Positions 20,087 through 30,370 of a stretch of DNA of 64,000 nucleotides are shown piece after piece. The notes below the pieces were generated by a model. The model did no database searches and had not been told where the DNA came from. It worked only from the letters and a program-made list of their open reading frames with translations. The first letter of the stretch is position 1. Each line of letters opens with the position of its first letter. The position numbers and the translations under genes were made by a program. Source of the DNA: Candidatus Spongiisociaceae bacterium (GTDB taxonomy: Bacteria > Actinomycetota > Acidimicrobiia > Spongiisociales > Spongiisociaceae); contig OZ253564.1 in the NCBI GenBank assembly GCA_965262915.1, positions 1 through 64,000 on the forward strand, written 5' to 3'.

Positions 20087-20944
20087 ATGACGCATTCCGC
20101 CACGAACGAGCGGATCCTTCCGGCTCTTCACGCGCTTCGATCCGGCGACGCCGCTCGGCTGCGGACGGCTCTCGACGCCGACCCGGAGGTGGTGAACCTC
20201 ACGGTGGGTGACAGCACGATCCTGGAACTTGCGACGCAACCCGGAGCCGCGCCGCGTTCACCCGAGATCGTCGATGTGCTCGTCGAGGCCGGCGCAGCAT
20301 TGGATCGGGCCCTGAATCTGGCCGGTTGCTGGAACCTGGCCGATCTCTGCTTACAGCTCCTGGCGGCGGGCGCCGACCCGACCGCCCGAGCCGACGCAGG
20401 CATCACACCCCTGGAGTCCGCCGCCATGCACAGCTCCACCGAGGCCGCCGACGTGCTGGTCGGGCACGGTCTCCACCGGCGCACCCTGTGGCTGGCTGCG
20501 GCTACCGGTCTGCTGCCGATGGTTCAGGACTGGGTGGCGACAGACGGGTCGCTCCTGGCGGATCCCGGCCCGTACCGGCCGGATTGGGCCGACGTGGGGC
20601 GGCCGGCCGGCTGTCCGGCAACCGACGACCCGACCGAGATCGTGAGCGAGGCCTTCGTGTTCGCCGCGGCCAACAATCGCCGGAATGTCGTCGACTACCT
20701 CCTGGACGCCGGCGCGGATGTCGACGCCCGTCCGTACCGGAACACCACCGCGTTGCATTTCGCCATCCAGTTCCGGCGGCCCCGGATGGTCCGGATTCTC
20801 CTGGACCGGGGGGCGTCCGTCACCACGGAGGACGGCAACTACCGGTCGGACGCGATGGGTTGGGCAAATGCGTGCGAGGACGGCAGTGAGGAGGCCACCG
20901 AGATCCGCCGACTGGTCAGCGCGGCCCGTTCAAGCCTTCCGTGA
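20087..20944 (+). CDS. Ankyrin repeat protein
   Basis: AGADPTA..GITPLESAA, LLDAGADVDA..TALHFA..LLDRGA. Confidence 0.8.
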   Translation: MTHSATNERILPALHALRSGDAARLRTALDADPEVVNLTVGDSTILELATQPGAAPRSPEIVDVLVEAGAALDRALNLAGCWNLADLCLQLLAAGADPTARADAGITPLESAAMHSSTEAADVLVGHGLHRRTLWLAAATGLLPMVQDWVATDGSLLADPGPYRPDWADVGRPAGCPATDDPTEIVSEAFVFAAANNRRNVVDYLLDAGADVDARPYRNTTALHFAIQFRRPRMVRILLDRGASVTTEDGNYRSDAMGWANACEDGSEEATEIRRLVSAARSSLP

Positions 20945-22250
20945 CCACCAGCGCCTTCCTGATGGCTTCGATCACCCGGGTGATGTCCTCGTCGCTGTGG
21001 GCGGTCGAGGTAAGTGCCAGATGGTCCCCCGGGATGAGCACCCCTTCCAGCATCAGGCGTATGTAGAACTCGCGCTCAGCCTGCGCCAGCGAGCGGTCGA
21101 CATCGCGGGCTGTCACGATCGGGCCCGTCTGGAAACGCAGATGGATCAACGAATGAGCAGCCAGAACCTGCACCGGCATTGAACGCCTCCGGCAGAAGCC
21201 TCCGATGTCCTCGACGAACCTCCTCCCATGTCCGGCTAACCGTTCGTACAGCTCGGGGTTGGATCGCAGATGTCCGATGGCGGCTGTGCCCGCAACCATC
21301 GTGAGGGGGTTGCCGCCGAAGGTTCCGCCGGCGAATACCTTGTCGTGCTCCTCCTGGTGCTTCTGCCACTCGAACCTGCGCATGATGTCGGCGCGGCCCG
21401 CGACGGCCCCTATCGGCAGTCCCCCTCCCAGAGCCTTCCCGTACGCGGCGAGATCGGGTACGACACCGAACTCCTCCTGGGCCCCGCCATATGCCAGGCG
21501 GAACCCGGTGACCACCTCGTCGAAGAGCAACAGGACACCCGCGTCCCTGCAGACAGCGGCCAAGTCGCGGATGAACTCGCCGCAGTCGAGGGTGGGATTG
21601 GCGCCCTGCACCGGTTCGACGAGCACCACGGCCAGCCGATCCCGGTTCTGCCGGATGAGGTCGAAGGCGGCCTCGTGCCGGTAGGGCAGCATCAGCACGT
21701 CCTCGACCGTGGAGTCGGGTATACCCAGTCCCATGGGAACCGGAGCGGGCCGATCCCGCGGGCTTCCGTCTTCCGTCTGGACCAGCACGGCATCATGAGC
21801 CCCGTGATAGGAACCCTCGAACACCGCTATCCCCGACTTGGCAGTGTGGGCCCTCGCAACCCGGATGCCGTACATCGTGGCCTCGGTGCCGGTGTTGCAG
21901 AACATGACCAGGCCGGCGCAAGGGACCGCCTCACGGAACAACTCGGCCAAGGGTTCCTGGTAGGGGGTGTGGATCCCGAACTGGGTCCCTCGGGATACTG
22001 CTTCCTGCACAGCGGTGACGATCTCGGGATGGGCATGGCCGAGCACGTGGCTGCCGAACCCCATCGTCAGGTCTATGTACTCGTTGCCATCGACATCAAC
22101 GACCCTGGAACCCGAACCTTCGGCAATGTAGACGGGATAGGGCATGTCGACGGTGCCGACCACCTCAAGGGCGATCGACTTTCGTGACCGCTCGTAGAGT
22201 TCTCGCGATCTCGGAGTGCGGCGGACGAACTCTTGGTAGGGGTCGGACAT
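20916..22250 (-). CDS. Class III aminotransferase (GSA aminomutase-like)
   Basis: NTGTEA, FEGSYHG, LLFDEVVTGFR, YGKALGGGLP, GTFGGNP. Confidence 0.9.
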   Translation of the reverse strand: MSDPYQEFVRRTPRSRELYERSRKSIALEVVGTVDMPYPVYIAEGSGSRVVDVDGNEYIDLTMGFGSHVLGHAHPEIVTAVQEAVSRGTQFGIHTPYQEPLAELFREAVPCAGLVMFCNTGTEATMYGIRVARAHTAKSGIAVFEGSYHGAHDAVLVQTEDGSPRDRPAPVPMGLGIPDSTVEDVLMLPYRHEAAFDLIRQNRDRLAVVLVEPVQGANPTLDCGEFIRDLAAVCRDAGVLLLFDEVVTGFRLAYGGAQEEFGVVPDLAAYGKALGGGLPIGAVAGRADIMRRFEWQKHQEEHDKVFAGGTFGGNPLTMVAGTAAIGHLRSNPELYERLAGHGRRFVEDIGGFCRRRSMPVQVLAAHSLIHLRFQTGPIVTARDVDRSLAQAEREFYIRLMLEGVLIPGDHLALTSTAHSDEDITRVIEAIRKALVVTEGLNGPR

Positions 22251-22298
22251 CCACAGGTCCCTCCGTAGACGACTATTCCACCGGCTTGTCTGTCCGGA

Positions 22299-23318
22299 TC
22301 AGGGGATCAGCACGGCCCTCCCCCGGACCAGGCCTTCCTCCAAGCGGGCGAACACCTCGTTGATGCTATCAAGCGGATGACGCTCGACTACTGGCGAGAC
22401 CCTTCCCTCCCTGGCGAGGGTCATCACTTGGGTGAGCTCGCTTCGGCTGCCCCAATTTGCCGTGCAAAGATCCACCTCGGCCGGGAAGTCGAGGAACGAG
22501 TACGGGAGGGTTCCCAGGCCCAGCCCGACGATGACGATAAGGGAACGACGCTTCACCACCCGTTTCGCCAGGGCCAATGTCGCGTCGTTCCCGACGAAGT
22601 CGATAATCACGTCGGCACCCTCACCCTCCCCCAGATCCTTGACCGCTGCAACCACATCCCCGTCGCGGGGGTCAAGCGCCACATCCGCTCCGAGTCTCGT
22701 CGCGAGTGCTCGAGCACTCGTCGACGTATCGACGGCTACCACCCGCGCCGTCGAGAGGGTCTTGAGGTATTGCAGACCCATATGTCCGAGGCCTCCTATC
22801 CCGATCGCGACCGCCAGAGACCCCGGCACCAGACGTGGCGACGCCCGTCGCACCGCGCGATAAGGGGTAAGCCCCGCGTCAGTCAGGCAGGCGGCCGCTA
22901 CCGGATCGAGGTCACCGATCGGCTCCAGGTGACGCTGTGCGGGAACCAGGAGGTACTCGGCGTAACCGCCCGGAGGGCCGTGGCCGACCCAGCGGGACTC
23001 GTCGCACATGTGCTCGAGACCGGAGGTGCAGTAGTAGCAGACCCCGCAGCCCCAAGCCCCGAATACCGCCACCGGCTCTCCCTCATCGAGACCTTCCACC
23101 CCCGGCCCGAGGGCCGCCACCCGGCCGGCGTTCTCGTGTCCGAGGATCATGGGGAACTCGTCGATTATCGGGAACTTGCCCATCATCACCGAGAGATCCG
23201 AATGGCAGGCCCCCGCCCCAGCCACCTCGACCAGCACCTCACCCGGTCCGGGCTCAGGCGTGCGAACCTCCCGAACCTCCCAAGGCGTGTTGTAGGAGTC
23301 CAGCAGCGCGGCCTTCAT
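22299..23318 (-). CDS. Zinc-dependent NAD(P) alcohol dehydrogenase
   Basis: CHSD, GHE, CGVCYYC..C structural zinc, GIGGLG. Confidence 0.92.
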   Translation of the reverse strand: MKAALLDSYNTPWEVREVRTPEPGPGEVLVEVAGAGACHSDLSVMMGKFPIIDEFPMILGHENAGRVAALGPGVEGLDEGEPVAVFGAWGCGVCYYCTSGLEHMCDESRWVGHGPPGGYAEYLLVPAQRHLEPIGDLDPVAAACLTDAGLTPYRAVRRASPRLVPGSLAVAIGIGGLGHMGLQYLKTLSTARVVAVDTSTSARALATRLGADVALDPRDGDVVAAVKDLGEGEGADVIIDFVGNDATLALAKRVVKRRSLIVIVGLGLGTLPYSFLDFPAEVDLCTANWGSRSELTQVMTLAREGRVSPVVERHPLDSINEVFARLEEGLVRGRAVLIP

Positions 23319-23328
23319 CTGCGGAAGA

Positions 23329-23700
23329 CTACGCGTCGGAAGACACCCGAGGCTGTTGTAAAGCCTGCAGCAAACGCTCCGTTTGACCTATCCATCGTTG
23401 CAGTTCGGCCGCGGTGGGACCGAGTTCGTAGTGGTGGTGATGGCAAGCTCGGCTGAGCGAAGACCAAGCGCTGCGTACGCTCGCAACCAAGAACCCATCA
23501 GTAAGGATCTGGCCGAGACAGGCCAATTGGGTGAACCTGCTGGCCCGTTCCATCCCTGGAAGCGTGTCAGCCCACAGGCAGTCCAACGCACCTTCGAGAG
23601 CTTGGCGGGCCAACAGCGCAGAAGCCCGCGGCCAGACACCTTCCGGCCCCTCCGGTTCTTCGATCAGCCTACGGGCCGCATGGAGCAGTTCTTCGCTCAT
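23329..23700 (-). CDS. Small helical protein, HEPN-like, translationally coupled to the upstream ATPase
   Basis: ATG overlaps ATPase TGA (ATGA); WPRASALLARQALE ... LSRACHHHHYEL pattern resembles HEPN helix 1 and terminal R...H region. Confidence 0.65.
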   Translation of the reverse strand: MSEELLHAARRLIEEPEGPEGVWPRASALLARQALEGALDCLWADTLPGMERASRFTQLACLGQILTDGFLVASVRSAWSSLSRACHHHHYELGPTAAELQRWIGQTERLLQALQQPRVSSDA

Positions 23701-26102
23701 GCCTTGACACGGATCCGCTCTGCCAGTCCTTGGCAGTCGTTGATGAGGCTCGTCAGGTCTCCCCTGTATCTGTGGTGGACGCCCCGGTTTGCTCCCCAGA
23801 AAGCGTTGGTGAACGTGGAGCCCCATTCTCTCGTGATACGGGTGGAGACTTCACCGCTGCGGCCCATGTCGTCGAACAGGGCCAAGGCTGCTTTCTGGAT
23901 GAGCGTTCTGGCCCCCTCCAACAAACATTCCACTGCGGCGTGGGACTCGCCGCGACCCAGCCGCCGGCGGCGCACCACGTCGACACATGCCGCTTCAAGC
24001 CCTTCGCGGCAGATTCCCGGAATCACGTTCCACGCCACCTGAGCCAGGAGGCCATCATCCCTGGCCACGGCTCGAGCATCCCAGAAGTACTGTCTCATGG
24101 GGTCGAGCGTCTCCCGTACCTCGACCACCGACCCCAAGTGGCGTGTCACCTGCCTGCAGGTGTGGGGTATCTGCAGGCGCCGGAGCGATTCGGGTAGGCG
24201 GTCGTCGTGGGTGAACACGATCAATTGGCGTTCCTTGGCGATCTTGGAGAAGACGCGGGCCAGCCCGTCCACCCGGGCAGGATCCATCGACTGTATCGGG
24301 TCGTCGATCACCAGGAATCGGAACGGGTTTGTCGGCAGTGTGGCCCGTGGGAAGAAGAGGGAGAGAGCCAGGTAACTGATCTCACCCTGGCTGGCCACAG
24401 CGAGCGCCTGTGCTTCCGTCCCGTCGACTTCCACCGTGAGGTCGACATGGCGTCTGGTGCGGGTGCCCGCAAGTTCCACGGATCGCAGATCGACATTGCT
24501 TCCCAGCCGCAACTTCTCCCATAGCTGTAGGGCCTTGGCTTCGATGGGCTGCCACCGAGCGGCCCGCACTGACACTGCGACGTTCTTGAGTGCCTGCTCG
24601 GCCTTCTTGACCTGCCTCACGGCTTCTCGGGATGCCACCGCGGTGCGGGCGTTCTGCTCCCATGCCATCAAGCGGGGGAAGATGGCTCCCCACTGCTCCT
24701 CCTGCCGGGAATACATCTCCTCGGCCCGTTCAGAGATCCGAGTAGCTTCCTTCGCCAACTCTCCGTGGAGCCCCAGCAAATGGTCGGCCATATCGCCGGG
24801 ATGGTCGGGTAGCCCTGCCCAGCGCTTCCAGAGGTCGCGTACGGTTGTTGTGTCAACAGCGGGAACAGCAGGTATGGAGGGCATCACCACCAGGCCCCGC
24901 GCCGCGTCCACAGCCTGCCGGAGGCTTCGCCTCGCCGATCTGTATCGATCTGTCGTCTCGCGCAACCGGTCGACTTGTTCCTGGGTCGAAGCACGCCAAT
25001 CGGCATCCAGCGTTCCCACTCCACAAACCGGGCAGGACTCCCCTTCGTGGGCCTCATGGTGTTCCAAGGCCATCATGAGGAGCCGCACCAGCCGCTCGGA
25101 CTGCTCGACGTCAGTGCCTGCAAGCTCCGAGAACTCAGCGTGAGCGGCCTCAATCTGCGTGGCGGTCTGCAACACCCGCTCCTCATCGGGCACCCGCAGC
25201 GAGACCAGCTCCGAGAGTGCATCCCGACTCGGATCAGGCGCTCCAGCAAGCCGGACCAGAGTATCGAGGTCCCAGACCCTCTTGCTCAGCAGGGAACGGG
25301 CGCGCTCGGCTCGAGGGTCCTCGAGGTCCGCAAGGGCGGGGATGATCTCACCGCGCAACTCCTTCTTCACCTGCTTGTCGACTCTCTCCCTCCCGCGACG
25401 AGCGCCGGTTAGCACCTCCAGGGCCACGTCCACGGGTTTCAGACCGAGAACCTTGGTGAGTGTGTCGAAGAGATCCGAAGGTCTGGCACCGATCATCCCG
25501 AGTTCGTTGTAGGACAGGAGGGGCCGGTACAGGTCGAGGGCACGGTCCCAACCGATCCCGGGGAGGTCGGTGCGCTTCTCTCCGTGGTGCTGGGCAGTCC
25601 CGGATCCACCTGCAAGTTCGGAGTTCTCCGCCCAGGATTTCCCTACCGTCGTGGGTCCCGGTTTGCCTTCGACTTGGAAGCGGGCCGAGATCTTGGGCGA
25701 CAGACCGTCATGGAGGTTTCTCCATCCGTCCTTCCACGGTCCGCTGCGGTCCTCCCAACGTAGAGCGTTACCGGTGAGCAACACCTCGAGAGCCTCGGCG
25801 AAACTGGACTTGCCGGAACCGTTCCGTCCCACCACGACCGTAAGGCTGGGACCCGGAGGAAACTCCAGCGTCACCTCGGGACCGATCCCACGGAATCCCG
25901 ACACGGTGAGGTCCTGGAGGTAGACGGAGGAGGTGTCTGCGTCTGCGCCGTCCTCTTCGCCCGTCGCGTACTCGACGGATCCCCCAGCGAGCACCTGCTC
26001 CACCGCCTCTCCGCCTTCGAGAGAGGCCATCACCAAGTCGAGCGTGCGGTCGTCCACGTCCAACTCGGCCAGTTCCGCGAGGATCTCTCGGTGCAACGCC
26101 AT
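23697..26102 (-). CDS. Rad50/SbcC/SMC-like ABC ATPase with coiled coil, zinc hook and extra C-terminal helical domain
   Basis: GFRGI, Walker A GRNGSGKSS, CPVC hook, signature ASQGE, Walker B VIDDP, H-loop VFTHD. Confidence 0.88.
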   Translation of the reverse strand: MALHREILAELAELDVDDRTLDLVMASLEGGEAVEQVLAGGSVEYATGEEDGADADTSSVYLQDLTVSGFRGIGPEVTLEFPPGPSLTVVVGRNGSGKSSFAEALEVLLTGNALRWEDRSGPWKDGWRNLHDGLSPKISARFQVEGKPGPTTVGKSWAENSELAGGSGTAQHHGEKRTDLPGIGWDRALDLYRPLLSYNELGMIGARPSDLFDTLTKVLGLKPVDVALEVLTGARRGRERVDKQVKKELRGEIIPALADLEDPRAERARSLLSKRVWDLDTLVRLAGAPDPSRDALSELVSLRVPDEERVLQTATQIEAAHAEFSELAGTDVEQSERLVRLLMMALEHHEAHEGESCPVCGVGTLDADWRASTQEQVDRLRETTDRYRSARRSLRQAVDAARGLVVMPSIPAVPAVDTTTVRDLWKRWAGLPDHPGDMADHLLGLHGELAKEATRISERAEEMYSRQEEQWGAIFPRLMAWEQNARTAVASREAVRQVKKAEQALKNVAVSVRAARWQPIEAKALQLWEKLRLGSNVDLRSVELAGTRTRRHVDLTVEVDGTEAQALAVASQGEISYLALSLFFPRATLPTNPFRFLVIDDPIQSMDPARVDGLARVFSKIAKERQLIVFTHDDRLPESLRRLQIPHTCRQVTRHLGSVVEVRETLDPMRQYFWDARAVARDDGLLAQVAWNVIPGICREGLEAACVDVVRRRRLGRGESHAAVECLLEGARTLIQKAALALFDDMGRSGEVSTRITREWGSTFTNAFWGANRGVHHRYRGDLTSLINDCQGLAERIRVKA

Positions 26103-26217
26103 CCGGTCCTCCCTATCGTGCCGCCGTTGCCGTCCAACATAGAGACCCGGTGTGACACGCGCCCTTGCACAAGCTGAGCAGACGGGGTCAATACCCGGTC
26201 GGTAGGATTCCGGGCTA

Positions 26218-27312
26218 ATGACGGCATCGTATCGGGATCAGTATGTGGATCTTCTGCGCTCGGTCTCGCTGGTGGTGGTGGTGATATGGCACTGGGTGTT
26301 CACCATCTTGGTGGTCTCGCCCGAGACGGTCTCCCCTTCCAACCCGATCGGGTCCACCCGCGGACTGTGGGTGGCGACGTGGGTACTGCAGGTGATGCCG
26401 GTTTTCTTCTTCGTGGGCGGGTACACCCACCATCGCTCCTTCCGCAACTACACCCGAGGAACATCCCGCCGGTTCCTCAAGCGACGGATGGGAAGGCTGC
26501 TCGCACCGGCTATCGGACTGGTGGCGGTCTGGCTCGTGATCGGCTGGGTGCTGGAACTGACCCTCAACCCGGCCTGGACCTGGTCAGCGGTCATCCTGGT
26601 GCTTTCTCCGCTGTGGTTTCTGCTGGTGTATGTGACGATGGTCCTCATCGCCCCGATCGCCATCCGTGCCCACTGGCGTTGGGGGGAGATCGCGCCGGTG
26701 TGGCTGCTGGGTCTGGCCGGAGTGCTGGACGTGCTCCGTTTCACCCAAGGTCAGGGCTGGGCGGCATGGGCAAACTTCCTGGTGATCTGGGGACTTGCCC
26801 ACCAACTCGGTTTCTTCTACGACCGGCTCGTGGCCGCTCCGCCCCGAACCGGCTGGATGATGTTCTGGGCCGGCCTCTTCGCCCTCATCGCCCTCACCAA
26901 CATGGGTTTCTACCCGCGGTCCCTGGTGGGCGTACCCGGCGAGCGCTTCTCCAATATGGGACCACCCACCCTGGCGATCGTGGCGTTGACCTTCCTCCAA
27001 GTGGGGCTGGTCCTGGTGATACGCCCCAAAGTGCTGGCGTGGCTGGAACGAGGAGATCTGGCGCAGCGGGTGGTCGGTTGGATCAACGAGCACGCCATGC
27101 CCCTCTACCTGTTCCACTCCACCGGTATGGCCGTAGTAGTAGCCATCCTGTTCGGCTTCGGCTACATACCGCCAGCCGAGCCGACCCTCGAATGGTGGCT
27201 CACCAGACCCCTCTGGCTCATCGGCCCCGCCATAGCCACCTGGCCCCTCCTCGCGCTTTACCGCGTAAGCAGGCGCCCGACTGCCGCACCCGTCCCGAAG
27301 CTCACCGATTAG
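26218..27312 (+). CDS. Acyltransferase 3 family membrane protein
   Basis: DLLR...VVIWH, MPVFFFVGG, RMGRLL, PLWFL, LYLFH. Confidence 0.88.
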   Translation: MTASYRDQYVDLLRSVSLVVVVIWHWVFTILVVSPETVSPSNPIGSTRGLWVATWVLQVMPVFFFVGGYTHHRSFRNYTRGTSRRFLKRRMGRLLAPAIGLVAVWLVIGWVLELTLNPAWTWSAVILVLSPLWFLLVYVTMVLIAPIAIRAHWRWGEIAPVWLLGLAGVLDVLRFTQGQGWAAWANFLVIWGLAHQLGFFYDRLVAAPPRTGWMMFWAGLFALIALTNMGFYPRSLVGVPGERFSNMGPPTLAIVALTFLQVGLVLVIRPKVLAWLERGDLAQRVVGWINEHAMPLYLFHSTGMAVVVAILFGFGYIPPAEPTLEWWLTRPLWLIGPAIATWPLLALYRVSRRPTAAPVPKLTD

Positions 27313-27462
27313 ACACCTGCAGTAGCGTCGACCGGTCTCCCCGCAAGCTGTGTTGTAGCGCCCGAACAAATGTCACGCGTGTAGGTTATCCTCACACCAT
27401 GGTCAGTCGAGTTCCCCCAGCACCCCCCGATGACAGCGGCCGGGCTCTGCAGATGCTCTTGG

Positions 27463-28317
27463 ATGAGGGGGATCGTGTGGGGAGATGCATCCGAGTGGTT
27501 GCCCCGGCTTCCGGCGAACTCCGTGGACTTGTTCTTCATGTCACCCCCCTACGCGGACGCTCGCGCTTACTCCCGCATTTCGCCAGATCGATATGTGGAA
27601 TGGTTCGTACCCTTCGCCGAGGCCATGCTGAACGCGGTCTGCGACACCGGCTCGTTCGTGTTGAACATCAAGAATCGGGTTGCCAAGTCGGGGCCACTGA
27701 AAGGTCAGCGCCACCCGTATGTATATGAACTGGTTCTGGCGTTGCAGAACATGGGCTGGCGATGGACGGAGACATACATCTGGAGGAAACCAAACGCTAT
27801 CCCCGGCCGATTCGGGCCTCGCACAAAGGATGCGTTCGAGTACGTGTACCACTTCACGAAGGGTTCTCGCCCGTACTTCGACCTAGACGCCGTACGGATA
27901 CCGTACAAGACGGATCCGGGGGAGATCGCCCGGCGCAGCCTGGACACCAACGGCCGCCGCAACACAGAGGCTGGGTTCGGACGAGATCGCGCCCGGACCT
28001 ACGGCCACGAAGGTGCTGATCCGGGAAATGTGATCACCGTGGGTCAGACCTACAACCAGCACAAAGGCCCGGCAGGGCTGCATACCGCGGTGATGCCGGA
28101 GGGTCTAGCCGAGTTCTTCGTCAAAGCAGCCTGCCCACCGGGCGGACTGGTTATCGACCCGTTCGCCGGGTCGGGCACCACCGTGGTAGTCGCCCGTCGC
28201 CACGGCCGCAGAGCCGGTGGGATCGAGCTACACGACCAGTACGTAGCCGTCGCTCGAGACCGCTTGGCCAACGACCACACGCAGGAGGAACTGGGGATGC
28301 TCATTGCCGCTCACTGA
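27463..28317 (+). CDS. Site-specific DNA methyltransferase, beta class, probably N4-cytosine
   Basis: SPPY catalytic motif N-terminal, HTAVMP, DPFAGSGTT SAM motif C-terminal; start 27430 or 27463. Confidence 0.9.
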   Translation: MRGIVWGDASEWLPRLPANSVDLFFMSPPYADARAYSRISPDRYVEWFVPFAEAMLNAVCDTGSFVLNIKNRVAKSGPLKGQRHPYVYELVLALQNMGWRWTETYIWRKPNAIPGRFGPRTKDAFEYVYHFTKGSRPYFDLDAVRIPYKTDPGEIARRSLDTNGRRNTEAGFGRDRARTYGHEGADPGNVITVGQTYNQHKGPAGLHTAVMPEGLAEFFVKAACPPGGLVIDPFAGSGTTVVVARRHGRRAGGIELHDQYVAVARDRLANDHTQEELGMLIAAH

Positions 28318-29430
28318 CTCAGAACGCGATCTTCTGTCGAGGGCGGGCACCACACCAAGCCCAACGGTGCGGCGCCAAGCGGTCGCCATCGCCTTGGCGA
28401 AGTCCGGCGTGGCCAGAGAAGAAGCCGGTGACTTACTGGGTAAGGGATTCGTCGCGGCTACGCAGCCGTCGTTCCACTACATCCCGAGGGGCGACACGAT
28501 GGCCGACGAGAGCGATTTCGACATCGCCTACGGGTGTCTGGCCGAACACACCGACGACTTCGCCGCCGTCTCCGAGGACACGTTGATCAGGGCCTTGACC
28601 GAGAAGCCAGCAGTGCTCGCACCGCTCCGGATGATCCTGGGTTTCACCTACAACGAGCTGTCTTGGGCGATGAAGCTCACCCGAGCCGGGACCACAACTT
28701 CGGGAACAACGCTCCGAAACTTTGAACGCGGCCCGGAACCCGAACGGATGACAGCAAGAAGATCCGAGATGATCGAGACGATCGCCGCGACTGCGTGCGC
28801 GGTAATGGATCGGAGCATCCTCCAGATACCGGAGTCAGCCCGCAGGTTCTTCCATTCCAAGTTGGACAAGCAGGACACCGTGAAGGGCTGGCAAGCGGTC
28901 GCGGTCGCGGTCGCTGCCGGTGGCGTACCGTATTCGGCCCTGCTCTACCAGCGATACGTGGGCGGGGTATGGCGACAGATTCAAGACGCCTACTCGGAAG
29001 TCAAGGGTGACAACCTCTTGGAGCAACCGATAGCGGACCTGTTCGACTCCAATGGTATCTCTTACTACCGGTCTGGAACAGGAGCGTCCGGAGCAACCGC
29101 CACCGACCGGAGGTTCGGGCTCGCTCCGGGACCCGACTTCGTGCTGCCTGAGGAATCGCCCACCGTGATCATCGAGTCGAAGGTCGCTGAGGACGGTGGG
29201 ACCGCTCGTGATAAGGCGGCCCGAATCAAGAACGCGTCCGAAGCAGCCAAGGCTCGCGGCTTGTTGCCTTGTGCCGTCATCGACGGTAAGGGCTGGTCCG
29301 AACGTCTAAGGCGCTTCTGGATATCGTCATCGCCACCGACGGCCGCGCCTACTCCCTCGCCACCCTTACCCACCTGCTCGACATTCCCGAAATCGCCGAC
29401 CAGCACTCCACTGTGACAGGCTCCACGTAG
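28304..29430 (+). pseudogene. Type II restriction endonuclease-like PD-(D/E)xK nuclease with apparent 1-nt frameshift near 29308
   Basis: PDFVLP..IIESK, EDGGTARDK, VIDGKGW; overlaps MTase stop; a more protein-like tail (ALLDIVIATDGRAYSLATL) continues in another frame to TAG 29430. Confidence 0.7.
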
Positions 29431-29512
29431 GGAACCCCCGGCACGCCTAGGTTCTGGTGGCCAGCGTCCGCGGCACCACTCGCCGAAGCGAGCAATAGCT
29501 CTAGGTCTCCGG

Positions 29513-30370
29513 TCAGAACTGGTCGAAGAACCCGGGATCGATCTCGACGTCTTCGATCACCCGCTTTCTGACGGTCACGCCCAAGCCGTAGTCCTTCAAT
29601 AGGTCACATAGTTCTTCGCCGCTCACAAGATCGACTGGTGGAGCGCCGTCCCGGGTTGCCTCCTCACGGGCACTCCGGGTGAACGACCCGGTGGTTATGA
29701 GGAGTCCTTTGTCGCCGCGACCGGACATTGCTCCCCGGAAGTCGCGGACCGCGCCCGACGATACGGAACTTCGATATCGCTTACACTGGAAAAAGGTAGG
29801 GAACGAGACCAACGACAAACGGTAAACACCCATCCCGTCTATCCCTCCGTCGCCGGACCTGCCAAGTACTTCCACATTGCGAAATCCCGCCTCTCTCAGT
29901 AAACGCTGCGCCAGTCGCTCGAAGGCATCCGGTGGCATTCGAAGGAGATGCTCGAGCAGATCAGTCCTCCACTTATCGGGATCTCCATCGGGGTCATCGG
30001 CGTCTGCGGGGTCGGTCGGTAGAGAATTCGCGTCGTCCGGATCGGGTGGTGGCATAGGCTGCTTATCCGGGTTTTCTACCTGCTCTCTGGTCAGATTGCG
30101 GCCTAGTTCGGTCAGGGCCCACACACCTCTTGAGGAATTAACTAGGGCACCAATGTTCTTTAGGTGGGTGCGCGCCCACGCAAGTCGATAGTCAATCTCG
30201 GTCTGCGGAGAACCAGGTTTGTGCATAACACCCAGTAACTCCTCAGCGAAACCCTCCTGTTTTGCGACCTGTACGGAAATCTCGAATATATGCGATGACC
30301 CACCCAGCGCGCGTACCGCTTCCAGGACAGGCCACATCATCTGATTCGGAGTAGGCATTCTGAGGCTCAT
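29513..30370 (-). CDS. mrr: Mrr-family type IV restriction endonuclease
   Basis: Mrr_N (RLAWARTHLK..G..SSRGVW), FERL, SGDGGIDG, QCKRY, RDFRGAM, GLLITT. Confidence 0.92.
   Translation of the reverse strand: MSLRMPTPNQMMWPVLEAVRALGGSSHIFEISVQVAKQEGFAEELLGVMHKPGSPQTEIDYRLAWARTHLKNIGALVNSSRGVWALTELGRNLTREQVENPDKQPMPPPDPDDANSLPTDPADADDPDGDPDKWRTDLLEHLLRMPPDAFERLAQRLLREAGFRNVEVLGRSGDGGIDGMGVYRLSLVSFPTFFQCKRYRSSVSSGAVRDFRGAMSGRGDKGLLITTGSFTRSAREEATRDGAPPVDLVSGEELCDLLKDYGLGVTVRKRVIEDVEIDPGFFDQF

Noticed and set aside
23697-26102. Housekeeping sbcC, recN or smc
   Set aside because: No sbcD or scpAB neighbour, no hinge domain, and an extra C-terminal domain
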